Assembly (NCBI GenBank): GCA_965657945.1
Contig: CBFHPW010000002.1
Location: forward strand, 5,074 to 69,073
Source: Flavobacteriales bacterium
GTDB taxonomy: Bacteria > Bacteroidota > Bacteroidia > Flavobacteriales_D > CAJJDF01
Length of the DNA: 64,000 nt
Direction: 5' to 3'
Below are positions 11,047-23,935 of this stretch, piece by piece. Under the pieces are notes generated by a model. It searched no databases. It saw only the letters and a program-made list of their open reading frames with translations, and was not told the origin of the DNA. The number at the start of each line of letters is the position of its first letter. Position 1 is the first letter of the stretch. A program made the translations under genes and the position numbers.

Positions 11047-12169
11047 GTTCTATTCCAAAAATTTTATTTATTTCTCTAATTTGTTCAGGCTTTCCAAGCA
11101 CAAACATTTTGGAACCAGGCACCAATTTGACATCTGGTCGAGGATTTACGATAAATTCTCCTTCGGGAGTTTTGAACCCCACAATGTTGCACCCCGTATT
11201 AAAGTCACCTGCAATTACAGAAATTGTTTTGTTTTTATAATTCTCGGGAATATTCTCAAAATTAATTTCTTCCAAATTTATTTGGGACTCGCCTTGTATT
11301 GTAATATGATCCAAAAACTCAATAACGTCTGGTGTTATGACCAAGGAAGCCATGTGCGCCCCTCCAAGCGAATCGGGCATAATCACATTGTTTGCCCCTG
11401 CAATTTTGAGTTTTTTTACCGATGAACTTTGAGAAGCTCTGCTAATGATTTGTAATTTTGGATTCAGTTCTTTTGCCGAAAGCACGACAAATAAATTGTC
11501 GGCATCAGAAGGCAAAGTAGTGATCAAAGCCGAAGCAGAATGGATTTGTGCTTTTTCCAATATCTCATCGGAAGTAGCGTTTCCTTCAATAAAAAGATGT
11601 TCCTTGGAAGCTCTAAAAGAGTCTAATAATTCATGACTTTGCTCAATAATTACGTACTTCTTTTCGTGAACCGCAAGTTCACTTACTGCTTGAGTCCCCA
11701 CTCTTCCGTATCCGCATACAATTACGTGTCCGTTCAATTTTTCTACTTCTTTGTTCATTTGGTAATCTTTAAAATAAATTCGGTACTCTCCTTCTAATAA
11801 ATATTTTGAAATGGACGAAAGCGCATAAGCAAACGTACCAAAACTCAACACGATAAGAACCACGGTAAATAATTTGCCTTCGGGATGCAAAGTTCCCACC
11901 TCGTTAAACCCTACAGTTGACACAGTAATAATAGTCATATAAAAGGCGTCAAACAAAGTCATACCTTCTATAATCATATATCCCAAAATACCTGTCAAAA
12001 CAATGACAATTAACAAGAATATTGCGTAGTATATTTTGTAAAACAATCGGTAATTAAACACTAGATATTTCTTTTTTTTATTGGAAGTAAAGATACAAAT
12101 TATATTGGGAAAGGAAGAACAGCTTTTTATTTTGGCACGGAAATTGAATTTGTACAAACCAGAATACAA
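11039..12169 (-). CDS. Two-TM potassium-channel-like protein with TrkA-N (RCK) and TrkA-C domains
   Basis: It has a pore helix plus filter region TIITVSTVGFNEVG, an RCK Rossmann motif VIVCGYGRVG and a C-terminal TrkA-C-like segment. The track start is a TTG; an in-frame GTG at 12061 (MFNYRLFYKIYY...) looks more plausible, so the start is uncertain. Confidence 0.75.
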   Translation of the reverse strand: MYSGLYKFNFRAKIKSCSSFPNIICIFTSNKKKKYLVFNYRLFYKIYYAIFLLIVIVLTGILGYMIIEGMTLFDAFYMTIITVSTVGFNEVGTLHPEGKLFTVVLIVLSFGTFAYALSSISKYLLEGEYRIYFKDYQMNKEVEKLNGHVIVCGYGRVGTQAVSELAVHEKKYVIIEQSHELLDSFRASKEHLFIEGNATSDEILEKAQIHSASALITTLPSDADNLFVVLSAKELNPKLQIISRASQSSSVKKLKIAGANNVIMPDSLGGAHMASLVITPDVIEFLDHITIQGESQINLEEINFENIPENYKNKTISVIAGDFNTGCNIVGFKTPEGEFIVNPRPDVKLVPGSKMFVLGKPEQIREINKIFGIEHG

Positions 12170-12202
12170 ACCTCCTCACTATGAGGAATAAAAACAAATA
12201 CC

Positions 12203-12910
12203 ATGAAAGCGAAAATACTACTTACGGCCCTTTTGACTTTTCTGATGGTAAACGGAAAAGCATTTCAACAAAACAGCACATTATTTATTGATGTTCAGGA
12301 GCAACCTTTCAAAACCTATATTGTGGTTCTGGAAGATGGAACGAGTATCGAATCTGAGAGCGATTTTAAGATTAATAGAATGCGAGCTGGTAGAAATGGA
12401 ATTGAGATCTACAAAAGAACTTACCGAAAAGGAAGAAGAAACCAACACGCTTTCTTTGATCAACTGATTTATAACGGCACAGTTCGAATTCAGCGAAACG
12501 CAAAGGTATTTACTCAACTTATAGGAAAAAGATTAATCACAAGAAGAATTATTGAAAAACCTGCAAGAGTAAACGCTAATGGAATGAGAATGATGCATCC
12601 GCAAAATTTCAGACAACTGAAGCAAGCTGTGCGAAACGAAAGTTTTGATAAAAACAAGCTGCAACTATTACGTGTGACTGCTCAACAGAACAATTTTACT
12701 GCAAGACAAGTGGCTGAAATAATGAATCTTTTTAGTTTTGACAGCTACAAATTAACCTTTGCAAAACGCGCTTACCGCAATACTGTGGACCCTCAAAACT
12801 ATTTTGTGGTCAGAAACGGATTGACTTTCAATTCTTACAAAAGACAATTAGATGAATTTATCCTAACACAAAACAACCGAAACACCCCTCCAAGACAGAG
12901 AAGGAGGTAA
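12203..12910 (+). CDS. DUF4476-like secreted protein
   Basis: 235 aa with a signal peptide. The C-terminal FTARQVAEIMNLFSFDSYKLTFAKRAYRNTVDPQNYF resembles DUF4476. Confidence 0.6.
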   Translation: MKAKILLTALLTFLMVNGKAFQQNSTLFIDVQEQPFKTYIVVLEDGTSIESESDFKINRMRAGRNGIEIYKRTYRKGRRNQHAFFDQLIYNGTVRIQRNAKVFTQLIGKRLITRRIIEKPARVNANGMRMMHPQNFRQLKQAVRNESFDKNKLQLLRVTAQQNNFTARQVAEIMNLFSFDSYKLTFAKRAYRNTVDPQNYFVVRNGLTFNSYKRQLDEFILTQNNRNTPPRQRRR

Positions 12911-12926
12911 CATCAAAAGGTTCGAA

Positions 12927-13550
12927 CTAATCAGCTCGAACCTTTTTTAGTTCCCTATAAGCGTCTAATACATCGCCTATTGATGAAAATGTATTTTGGT
13001 AAACTTTGTCAAACTTATCTACTGACATCCATTTTACCTTTGTAATATCTTCTTCCAACTGAGGAATCAGCTCTTCGTCCCCTTCATAATCCATAACAAA
13101 CCAGTAGGACTTCTTTAAGCATTCCTTCCCTTTGTTTTTGAATTTATGAAAAGTAGTAATCAATTCTTCTCGTATTACAGGATTTGAAATTCCACACTCT
13201 TCTTCCACTTCCCTTATCGCTCCTGCTTTTACTTTTTCGTGTTTCTCCAGCTTACCTTTTGGTAAATCCCATTTGCCTCTTCTGAAAATAAATAAGACCT
13301 CCTGATTTTTATTCACAACTAAACCACCCCCAGCTTCCACAATACGGTATCTCTTTTTCAGTATTTTATTCATCAATCTTTCAGTTAAAAAATTGACTAA
13401 CAATTCTTTATTTCCTTTCTTGCTCGATACAATTGCATCAAACTCTTCGTAAGAGTAACAAGTGGTAAAAGAAATATCTTTCTTGATAAAAGATTTTTTA
13501 AGGTTAAATCCTATCCAAAATACCCTTTCATTGATAAAAACTTTATACAT
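12927..13550 (-). CDS. NUDIX hydrolase
   Basis: 207 aa with the Nudix box GKLEKHEKVKAGAIREVEEECGI. Confidence 0.85.
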   Translation of the reverse strand: MYKVFINERVFWIGFNLKKSFIKKDISFTTCYSYEEFDAIVSSKKGNKELLVNFLTERLMNKILKKRYRIVEAGGGLVVNKNQEVLFIFRRGKWDLPKGKLEKHEKVKAGAIREVEEECGISNPVIREELITTFHKFKNKGKECLKKSYWFVMDYEGDEELIPQLEEDITKVKWMSVDKFDKVYQNTFSSIGDVLDAYRELKKVRAD

Positions 13551-13562
13551 TTGCGCTCGATT

Positions 13563-14186
13563 ATGATTTTAGACAAAAATACAGCCTCAAAGGTAGCAGA
13601 ATATTTGTTACAAATAAAAGCAGTGAAACTAAATGTAGAAGAACCATTTACATGGGCTTCTGGAATTAAGTCTCCTATTTATTGTGACAACAGAACGATA
13701 CTTTCGTATCCAGTGGTACGAACATACATTCGTCAGCAATTAGCAGAATTAACTGTGGAAGCTTACGGCAAACCAGATATTATTGCTGGTGTTGCCACCG
13801 GTGGAATTGCTCATGGAGCACTTGTGGCACAGGAACTCGACATGCCATTTGCCTATGTGCGTTCAGCTGCAAAAGGTCATGGATTACAGAACATGATTGA
13901 AGGAGTGATGGAAAAAGGAAGGACGGTAGTTCTGATCGAAGACTTAATCTCTACAGGTGGTAGTTCAATACTAGCGGTAAATGCAGTGAAAGAACATGGA
14001 AACCAAGTAAAAGGAGTTGTATCGATTATGGATTATGGATTTCAGAAAGCTGAAGACAACTTTAAAGATGTTTGCAGTTATTACTCATTATGCAATTTCG
14101 ATGTATTGATAGAAACTGCTCTAGAAAAGCAATTCATTACGAAGGAAAATTACGACTCTCTTCTTAAATGGAAAGCTACCGTATAA
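13563..14186 (+). CDS. pyrE: Orotate phosphoribosyltransferase
   Basis: It has the PRPP motif VVLIEDLISTGGS and SGIKSPIYCDNR. The ATG at 13563 is preferred over the TTG at 13551 given in the track. Confidence 0.9.
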   Translation: MILDKNTASKVAEYLLQIKAVKLNVEEPFTWASGIKSPIYCDNRTILSYPVVRTYIRQQLAELTVEAYGKPDIIAGVATGGIAHGALVAQELDMPFAYVRSAAKGHGLQNMIEGVMEKGRTVVLIEDLISTGGSSILAVNAVKEHGNQVKGVVSIMDYGFQKAEDNFKDVCSYYSLCNFDVLIETALEKQFITKENYDSLLKWKATV

Positions 14187-14266
14187 AAGTTATCAACGAG
14201 AATAATTTTCAGTTAAAAACATCTTGAATAATTCATTCTCAAGATTAGATTAAATACTTATTTTTG

Positions 14267-14297
14267 AAGCGTCAGATTGAACTTTGACGCTTTTTTT
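14267..14297 (+). terminator. Intrinsic terminator after pyrE
   Basis: Stem aagcgtca / tgacgctt (8 bp) followed by a T7 run. Confidence 0.7.
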
Positions 14298-14328
14298 ATT
14301 TCCATCAACCTATAGAAACATAATAAAC

Positions 14329-15273
14329 ATGGCCAACACGCTCACTTCAACTCACTACAACTTTCCTGGTCAAACAGCTATTTACAAAGGAAAAGTAAGA
14401 GATGTTTACAACATCAATAATGAGAAAATTGTCTTGATTGCTTCAGATAGAATCTCGGCATTTGATGCCGTATTGCCAAAAGGAATTCCCTACAAAGGAC
14501 AAATACTTACCGCTATCGCAACAAAGTTTTTGAATGAAACGAAGGACATTGTTCCAAATTGGCTAGAGGCTACGCCCGACCCCAATGCCGCTGTTGGTTT
14601 ATTTTGCGAACCTTTTAAAGTTGAAATGGTGATAAGAGGTTATTTGGCGGGTCACGCATGGAGAGAATACAAAGCTGGAAAAAGAGTAATTTGTGGTGTA
14701 GAAATGCCGGATGGAATGAAACAAAACGACAAATTCCCTTCTCCTATTATAACTCCAGCGACAAAAGCGGATGACGGTGACCATGATGAAGACATTTCGA
14801 AAGAAGACATCATTGCTAAAGGAATTGTAAGCAAGGAAGATTACGAGAAATTGGAACAATATACGAGAGAATTATTTGCTCGAGGTACCGAAATTGCAGC
14901 AAAACAGGAATTAATTTTGGTGGATACAAAATATGAATTTGGAAAAAAAGACGGCACAATTTACTTGATAGATGAAATTCACACTCCCGATTCTTCTCGT
15001 TATTTTTATGCCGATGGTTACCAAGAAAGACAAAATAACAACGAAGATCAAAAGCAGCTTTCTAAGGAGTTTGTGAGAGAATGGCTCATAGAACATGGAT
15101 TTCAAGGACTGGAAGGTCAATCTATTCCTGAAATTCCAGATGAGTTTGTTGAAACAGTGACTGAAAGGTATACCGAATTGTACGAAAAAATTACTGGAGA
15201 ACAATTCCATAAAGCAGAGGTAACTGACATCGAAAAAAGAATTCAAAATAACGTAACTGAATACCTGAGCTAA
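14329..15273 (+). CDS. purC: Phosphoribosylaminoimidazole-succinocarboxamide synthase
   Basis: It has [17 protein letters not shown] and [11 protein letters not shown], all SAICAR synthetase motifs. The ATG at 14329 is preferred over the upstream TTG at 14284, which lies inside the pyrE terminator. Confidence 0.9.
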   Translation: MANTLTSTHYNFPGQTAIYKGKVRDVYNINNEKIVLIASDRISAFDAVLPKGIPYKGQILTAIATKFLNETKDIVPNWLEATPDPNAAVGLFCEPFKVEMVIRGYLAGHAWREYKAGKRVICGVEMPDGMKQNDKFPSPIITPATKADDGDHDEDISKEDIIAKGIVSKEDYEKLEQYTRELFARGTEIAAKQELILVDTKYEFGKKDGTIYLIDEIHTPDSSRYFYADGYQERQNNNEDQKQLSKEFVREWLIEHGFQGLEGQSIPEIPDEFVETVTERYTELYEKITGEQFHKAEVTDIEKRIQNNVTEYLS

Positions 15274-15340
15274 AAACAAAAAGTAACTTTTGTTACATTT
15301 CATAGTTTTCATAATGTCTATTTTTATCAAAATTTAAATT

Positions 15341-16954
15341 ATGAAATCCAAACTCATTGCACTAGCAGTACTTCTAACAACTATCTCAAGTTTTTCGCAA
15401 AAGGCAGAGTTTCAAGTTGAACTCACGCCTGTTGCCATTCCGTCTTTGGGAGGAATCCAATCCTTTGCATTTGCCCAGCATAATGGAAAATGGCTTTTAT
15501 TAGGAGGAAGACTGGATGGCCTTCACCAAAGACAACCTTTCGCCAGTTTTGATTTAGCAGGTCACAACAACCTTCTTATCGTAGTCGATCCTGTTACAAA
15601 ACAGTCGTGGAGCAAGTCTATCTCAAGTTTACCTACAGCCGTCCAAGACCAAGTAAAATCAACAAATGCTGAGTTTTTCCAGGAGGGCAATTTTCTTTAT
15701 TTAATTGGAGGTTACGGTTACAGTTCTACTTTCTCAGACCACACTACTTTTGATAAACTCACTGCAATTGATGTTCCAGCAACGATTTCTGCAGTAATGA
15801 ACAACACTGCTATAACGGGATTATTTCGTCAAATATCTGACCCTAAATTTCAAGTCACCGGTGGCCGATTAGAAAAAATTTACGATACCTACTACCTCGT
15901 AGGAGGACAAAAATTTATTGGACGATACAACCCAATGGGACCTACTCATGGACCTGGATTCATTCAAGAATACACCAATGAAATCAGAAAATTCCAAATC
16001 TCTGACAATGGCACTTCACTTTCTATTCAACACTTAGGAGTCTGGCGAGACACAAATGAACTTCACCGAAGAGATTACAACGTTACCCCCCAAATAATGC
16101 CAAACGGCCAAGAGGGATTAACGGCATTTTCGGGTGTATTTCAAAAAAATGCGGACATTCCTTTCCTAAATTGTGTAAATATAGATAGCTCGGGTTACAT
16201 TCCAAACAATTCATTCAGTCAATATTACAATCATTATCACTGCGCTAACATTCCTCTTTACTCAGAGTATTACTCCGAAATGAGCACCGTTTTCTTCGGA
16301 GGGATTGCTCAGTATTACGACAATTCTGGTGTAATGACACAAGATAATAATGTTCCTTTTGTAAATACAATCGCCAGAGTCACTAGAGATGTAGGAGGGA
16401 ATATGGCTGAGTACAAACTCCCACTTACTATGCCTGCTTTGCTTGGCGCTGGTTCAGAATTTATCCCACTCACAACAATTTCGAGGTACCACAACGGAGT
16501 TATTAAGCTTGATAGCTTGAATGCAGACACCGCTTTGGTGGGATATATTTTTGGAGGGATAAGTAGCACAGCCCCAAACATTTTCTTTTCCAATACTGGA
16601 ACGCAAAGTTCTGCGAGCAATCAACTATTTGAAGTGAGAATTGTGAAAGGAAACACCTATGGGATTCCAGAGCTGAACAAACAAAGTACAGGAAGTTTAA
16701 AACTACTTGTTTATCCCAATCCAAATGATGGAGTTTTCAAACTGAGCTACACTCTAAATCAAACATCGAATGTTTCTATTCAAATATTCTCAACTGAAGG
16801 AAAGCTCATCTCAGAAAGCAATTTAAAAAATGTTTCGGAGGGAAACCATGACTTCATCGAAAGAATTGAGCATATTATGGAATCGGGAATATATCTGGTT
16901 CAAATTAAAACTGACTATGAATCGGCAACACAACGAATTATTCTCAATCGATAG
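15341..16954 (+). CDS. Secreted protein with T9SS type A C-terminal sorting domain (kelch/beta-propeller-like body)
   Basis: 537 aa with a signal peptide. The C-terminal LLVYPNPNDGVFKLSY...GIYLVQIKTDYESATQRIILNR is a Por secretion tail. Confidence 0.8.
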   Translation: MKSKLIALAVLLTTISSFSQKAEFQVELTPVAIPSLGGIQSFAFAQHNGKWLLLGGRLDGLHQRQPFASFDLAGHNNLLIVVDPVTKQSWSKSISSLPTAVQDQVKSTNAEFFQEGNFLYLIGGYGYSSTFSDHTTFDKLTAIDVPATISAVMNNTAITGLFRQISDPKFQVTGGRLEKIYDTYYLVGGQKFIGRYNPMGPTHGPGFIQEYTNEIRKFQISDNGTSLSIQHLGVWRDTNELHRRDYNVTPQIMPNGQEGLTAFSGVFQKNADIPFLNCVNIDSSGYIPNNSFSQYYNHYHCANIPLYSEYYSEMSTVFFGGIAQYYDNSGVMTQDNNVPFVNTIARVTRDVGGNMAEYKLPLTMPALLGAGSEFIPLTTISRYHNGVIKLDSLNADTALVGYIFGGISSTAPNIFFSNTGTQSSASNQLFEVRIVKGNTYGIPELNKQSTGSLKLLVYPNPNDGVFKLSYTLNQTSNVSIQIFSTEGKLISESNLKNVSEGNHDFIERIEHIMESGIYLVQIKTDYESATQRIILNR

Positions 16955-18362
16955 AATCTCCAAAAAACATGGCATGGAAGTTGGCTAAATATAATTTAGT
17001 TTTTGCTCTTGTAAATGCTGTATACAACCAACGCAGGTACTCTGGATTTACCATCTCTTTGGTCAAATAACCTTGATCTATAAAAACGGTATCCCATTGC
17101 CCACCTTGGGACTTATGACAAGTTACAGCGTAAGAAAACTTAACCTGAAGTGCGTTAAAATAAGGGTTCTTCAGGACTTTTTCCATTCGCTCGCGCTTGC
17201 CAGGATATTCATCCAAATATTCTTTTTCTATTTCAAAGTATAAATTCTTGAGATGTGCACGAGGCAAGTTGGTGGTTTCCACCATGATGGCGTCTAACAT
17301 GAGTTTCACCTCGAAGGGCTCTTCCTCGGGATAATCCACCAAACGAATTTCAACCGAAGCAAACTTAAAACCGTACAATTCCTCAATCTTACTTATTCTT
17401 AACAGCTCAATAATGTCTCCGTTTGCAATAAAACCCGCTTTTGATTTATCAGATAGCCAGTGGTAATTGTTTTTCACCACCATCATTAAATCTCCAGCAT
17501 CAATTTCTTCTTCTTTGTAAAGGATACGCGCCCTAATGTGTTGATTGAAAAGATTGGCTCTTTTGTTTGAACGACATAAAACGATGCAGTTTTCTACTCC
17601 GTAACTTGCGTAAGAACTTTCCAATTCATCTTGAAGATCATTCCCAACCACTTTCACTACATCCGAAAATTCTTGATTAGAAATAACCGGCAGCAACTCT
17701 TTTTCATGAATCTTATTCCTGATTGCCGTAGCATTCAACAAAATACCAGACTTCTGTTTTTGCCTAACAACCTGGGTCAAGCGATATTGAAATAAATCTG
17801 CATAATAGGTACTCTCCAAAAACTTTGAATCCAGTGCCCTACTGAGCTCCTCACCTACTGGCGGCAATTGAGCAGTATCTCCCACAAAAAGAACACTACA
17901 CTTTTTTCCCGAAAACACGTACTCCATTAAATCATCGAGCAAGGATTTTTTATCCATGTATGAATTATCACCAATCATTGAGGCCTCATCCACGATGAAT
18001 AACGTATTCGAAAGCGTATTTTTTTTCAGTACAAAATGACTTCTACCTCCAACATATTTGTAGGTATAAATCATTTTATGGATGGTAAAAGCCCTCCTTC
18101 CCGAATAGGACGAAATAACCTTGGCGGCTCTACCTGTTGGTGCCAACAAAACAGTTTTGTAATTCAGTTTCCCGATTACTTTTGTCAAAGCCGAAACCAA
18201 GGTAGTTTTGCCGGTTCCAGCATAACCATTAAGCACAAACACTCTTTTTGAACCCGTTGATGTAAGAAAGTCATGAAGTTGCACGATCAACTTGGATTGA
18301 TCCTCAGTGAATGGAAATTCAAATTGAGTTGCTAATAATTCTTCAAACTTTTCTTGTTGCAT
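16944..18362 (-). CDS. SF1 RecD-like ATP-dependent DNA helicase
   Basis: 472 aa with Walker A GYAGTGKTT and Walker B-like FIVDEASM. It also has VGDTAQLPPV and a C-terminal SYAVTCHKSQGGQWD, as in RecD/TraA-type helicases. Confidence 0.8.
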   Translation of the reverse strand: MQQEKFEELLATQFEFPFTEDQSKLIVQLHDFLTSTGSKRVFVLNGYAGTGKTTLVSALTKVIGKLNYKTVLLAPTGRAAKVISSYSGRRAFTIHKMIYTYKYVGGRSHFVLKKNTLSNTLFIVDEASMIGDNSYMDKKSLLDDLMEYVFSGKKCSVLFVGDTAQLPPVGEELSRALDSKFLESTYYADLFQYRLTQVVRQKQKSGILLNATAIRNKIHEKELLPVISNQEFSDVVKVVGNDLQDELESSYASYGVENCIVLCRSNKRANLFNQHIRARILYKEEEIDAGDLMMVVKNNYHWLSDKSKAGFIANGDIIELLRISKIEELYGFKFASVEIRLVDYPEEEPFEVKLMLDAIMVETTNLPRAHLKNLYFEIEKEYLDEYPGKRERMEKVLKNPYFNALQVKFSYAVTCHKSQGGQWDTVFIDQGYLTKEMVNPEYLRWLYTAFTRAKTKLYLANFHAMFFGDSID

Positions 18363-18549
18363 ATACTAAAAATGAGTTATAAACGGACAAATACTCATTT
18401 TGCTCACCGCTTACAGGGATAACTTACCCCAAAATAAGTTAAATATTAAATAATATGTAAATAACGGAGAATAACTCTAATTTTAATTTGTTCAATGAAA
18501 AAAATTTTTAATTTTGTTTCAGTAAGAAACCCGCAATAAATAAAACTAC

Positions 18550-19419
18550 ATGGATATTTTTGATGAATTTTGGTTGTTTGTAAGAAAGTACCTTTTCTCT
18601 ATTCTTTTAATCCTGGCAGGAATTTCATGCCTTATAGTTGGAGCTAGCTCAAATGGAGGAACAGATTTGGCACAAAGCGCCTATTTCATCTATGGTTCTA
18701 TTGGTTTGTTTGTTCTTGGGTTTGTTTCGTTGTTTTTCATTTTACAACAAAAAATCTCAAGAGGAATAACAGCAGGCCTTTCTATTTTATTCATTGCTGG
18801 GTCATTTTTCTACTTATTTTTAAATTTCAAAACAGTAGAAGACAGAATCATTTACTTGGCAGAGGTTGAAGAATCACAAGACCTTGCCAAACAAGGGCTA
18901 AAAGACATTCAAAAATTGCAAGAAGCTTACGATAGAAAGTACAGAAAATTTGCTGGCAGTTTCAGTGAATTGATTCAATTTGCAAAAAATGACTCGATCA
19001 AAGTATTGGTGAAAGCAGAAGGAGATTTGCCTTCCAGAAAAATGACTGTAGAAGAAGGAAAATCATTGGGCTACCAATACCCGAAAGAAGTTTGGACCGA
19101 AGTAGATGCATTGAAACTAGGATTAATTGTAAGAGATTATGCAAAAATTCCAGTTTCAAAAGATTTGTTTAGCGCTGAAGAACAAGAGAAGCAAAATAGA
19201 ATTTACCCATTTGACATTGATAAATTAACAGTTCAAAGAACGATAGAAAACGATACTTCTAAAAAAACATTCAGATTAGACACCAAACTTGTGGATTCTA
19301 CACTGCACGTAGAAATCCTGTCCATACCTCCTTACGGACCTCAGTTTGACTATGATGTAACAGAGGTTTTCAAACTAGGCGGATTAGACGAAAAAAGCAT
19401 GAAATCTAACTGGAAATAA
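18550..19419 (+). CDS. Membrane-anchored hypothetical protein
   Basis: 289 aa with about 4 N-terminal TM segments followed by a soluble domain. No recognised motif. Confidence 0.5.
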   Translation: MDIFDEFWLFVRKYLFSILLILAGISCLIVGASSNGGTDLAQSAYFIYGSIGLFVLGFVSLFFILQQKISRGITAGLSILFIAGSFFYLFLNFKTVEDRIIYLAEVEESQDLAKQGLKDIQKLQEAYDRKYRKFAGSFSELIQFAKNDSIKVLVKAEGDLPSRKMTVEEGKSLGYQYPKEVWTEVDALKLGLIVRDYAKIPVSKDLFSAEEQEKQNRIYPFDIDKLTVQRTIENDTSKKTFRLDTKLVDSTLHVEILSIPPYGPQFDYDVTEVFKLGGLDEKSMKSNWK

Positions 19420-19453
19420 TTCCGGATTCATCACTCAATAAATCCTTGCCAAC

Positions 19454-20254
19454 ATGGTAGTATTTTACAACATGTCAGAAAATGAGGTAAAATCCTACCC
19501 AGATTTCCATTTATCCATAGAAATCTACCTAAACAGAGTTTCATTGTTGCTTGTAAACAAACAAAACTCAAAGCCCGAAGCGATAGAACATCTTGCTAGA
19601 GATGGTAGAGATTTTGGTCAATTGATTGAGCAAAGTAGCATTGTATCACTTGCCTCGCCCAGCACCATTAGTGCTGCACTAATCAACTCATTATTTTCGC
19701 TAGTTCCCAAGGCACTTTTTCAAGAGGAAAATACGGAACTTTACTTAGCTCAAGTAGCTGATATCTCCAAGAACTACCTCGTAAAATCAGACCCGTTTAA
19801 TACCCAAAACATTGTTACTTGTTTTGGAATAGATTCTGACTTACATGCCAGACTTATTTCCAAATTCCCAACCGTACAGTTAAAACATATTTCTAGTGTT
19901 CTTTGCGACAGTATTTCGGATGGAGTTGCCATCAACTTCAGTTCGCCCAACAGCTACGAAATAGCCATCAAGCAAGACAAAAAACTAACCTATTTCAATC
20001 GATTTGAATTCGAAAACAAAGACGAATCCATGTATTATTTGGGGCTTGCAATGGAAAAACAGGGCCTCGAAATGACCCAAACTAAATTTCAGCTCTCGGG
20101 AGAGATTTTTAAAGAGGAAGAGACATTGTCTTTTTGGAACCAATTTATTCCCCAAGAAAATATTACCTTTAATGCTATAGCGGCTAGTCAACTCAATGCG
20201 ATAGCCAGACATCATTTTTTCACGCTACACAAACAACATTCATGCGTATTATAG
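19454..20254 (+). CDS. DUF3822-like protein
   Basis: 266 aa. Its position immediately upstream of rsmD, overlapping it, is the usual Bacteroidota context for DUF3822. The family assignment rests on context and general resemblance. Confidence 0.5.
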   Translation: MVVFYNMSENEVKSYPDFHLSIEIYLNRVSLLLVNKQNSKPEAIEHLARDGRDFGQLIEQSSIVSLASPSTISAALINSLFSLVPKALFQEENTELYLAQVADISKNYLVKSDPFNTQNIVTCFGIDSDLHARLISKFPTVQLKHISSVLCDSISDGVAINFSSPNSYEIAIKQDKKLTYFNRFEFENKDESMYYLGLAMEKQGLEMTQTKFQLSGEIFKEEETLSFWNQFIPQENITFNAIAASQLNAIARHHFFTLHKQHSCVL

Positions 20255-20784
20255 CAGGTAAATTCAAATCAAAAAGATTCAAAGCACCAAAAAACATTAC
20301 GGCCCGACCCACAACCGACTTCGCAAAAGAGGCTTTGTTCAACATTCTTAACAACCAAGTAGATATTGAGGACTTAATCGTACTGGACTTGTTTGCCGGA
20401 ATTGGGAGTATTTCGCTCGAATTTGCTTCACGAGGTTCAAAAGACATAACGGTTGTAGAAAAAGACAGAAACCACATGAAATTCATCAATAAAATGGTGG
20501 AAGAATTGGACTTGTTTGAATCAGTTCATACAGTCCAGCTCGATGTGTTTAAATACCTAAAAACTTGCAGCCGTCAATTCAACCTGATTTTTGCAGATCC
20601 GCCCTATTCCATGGAGGCTGGTCTTGATATCCCTCAACTTATTTTTGACAACAATTTATTGGTTCCAGGTGGCATGTTGGTTTATGAGCATCAAAAAAAT
20701 ATAATCCCAAAAGATCACAACAACTTTAAAGAAACAAGAAATTACGGCAACTTGAGCTTTTCTTTTTATGAAATGCCAGGGTAA
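20242..20784 (+). CDS. rsmD: 16S rRNA (guanine966-N2)-methyltransferase
   Basis: 180 aa with MRIIAGKFK..RPTTD, the SAM motif LDLFAGIGSISLE and DPPY. Confidence 0.9.
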   Translation: MRIIAGKFKSKRFKAPKNITARPTTDFAKEALFNILNNQVDIEDLIVLDLFAGIGSISLEFASRGSKDITVVEKDRNHMKFINKMVEELDLFESVHTVQLDVFKYLKTCSRQFNLIFADPPYSMEAGLDIPQLIFDNNLLVPGGMLVYEHQKNIIPKDHNNFKETRNYGNLSFSFYEMPG

Positions 20785-20809
20785 CAGGAAAGAAAACTAG
20801 AATCTCTTT

Positions 20810-21391
20810 TTACAACCTTACGAGATAAGTCATTATTTCTGTAAAGAAAGACAACCCAATTGCAATCATGATTCTTTTTAGTCCGACTGACAAAGTACTT
20901 TTTGCCGAGTTGAGACTCAAAAGAATTGAAATCAACAAAAAGCACACTGCATTTTTGTAGAAAGAAAACTGAGAACCAAAAGCAAATTCTTGATTGGTAA
21001 ATCGCGCCACAAAAAATCCTAAAATCGACACAGACAACAACAAAAGAAAAAACCTCAAAGTTCTGTATCTCCCTTTATTTATGTCCCACAACAACATGAG
21101 CGAAAAACCTATGACTGTCAGGTTCTTAAGCATATTGAATCCACCTCGATCAATCAGAGCAAAACCTTGTACATCAGCTATGAGGTAGAACAAACTAAAA
21201 CCTAATGAAATGAGCAAAAAGGAGTATTTGGATATTTTTTTATTGAAAAACAAACCCAGTGAAATCAGTCCCAAACCAAAATCTGTGTATTCTGGAGAAA
21301 ATGCAAAACTACCCGAGGTGAGCAAATAACTTCCTCCGTATAGTAAAATGATTAAGATGTAAACGATAAATACTTTGTTGTCCTTTTTCAT
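20810..21391 (-). CDS. Polytopic membrane protein, unknown function
   Basis: 193 aa with about 6 hydrophobic segments. Confidence 0.45.
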   Translation of the reverse strand: MKKDNKVFIVYILIILLYGGSYLLTSGSFAFSPEYTDFGLGLISLGLFFNKKISKYSFLLISLGFSLFYLIADVQGFALIDRGGFNMLKNLTVIGFSLMLLWDINKGRYRTLRFFLLLLSVSILGFFVARFTNQEFAFGSQFSFYKNAVCFLLISILLSLNSAKSTLSVGLKRIMIAIGLSFFTEIMTYLVRL

Positions 21392-21518
21392 TTCTTATAG
21401 TTTATGGTGGTTCAAATTCTTACTATTTCATCCCTCACTCGTTATTTTTATCTCCCTAATGGATCCAAAAAAAGTTAGAATTAATGTATTTTAGTACAAG
21501 AATCGACAAATATACTAA

Positions 21519-23935
<2,417 letters not shown>

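Noticed and set aside
14911-15330. 139-aa minus-strand ORF
   Set aside because: It is antisense to the 3' part of purC, and its hydrophobic, low-complexity translation has no support.
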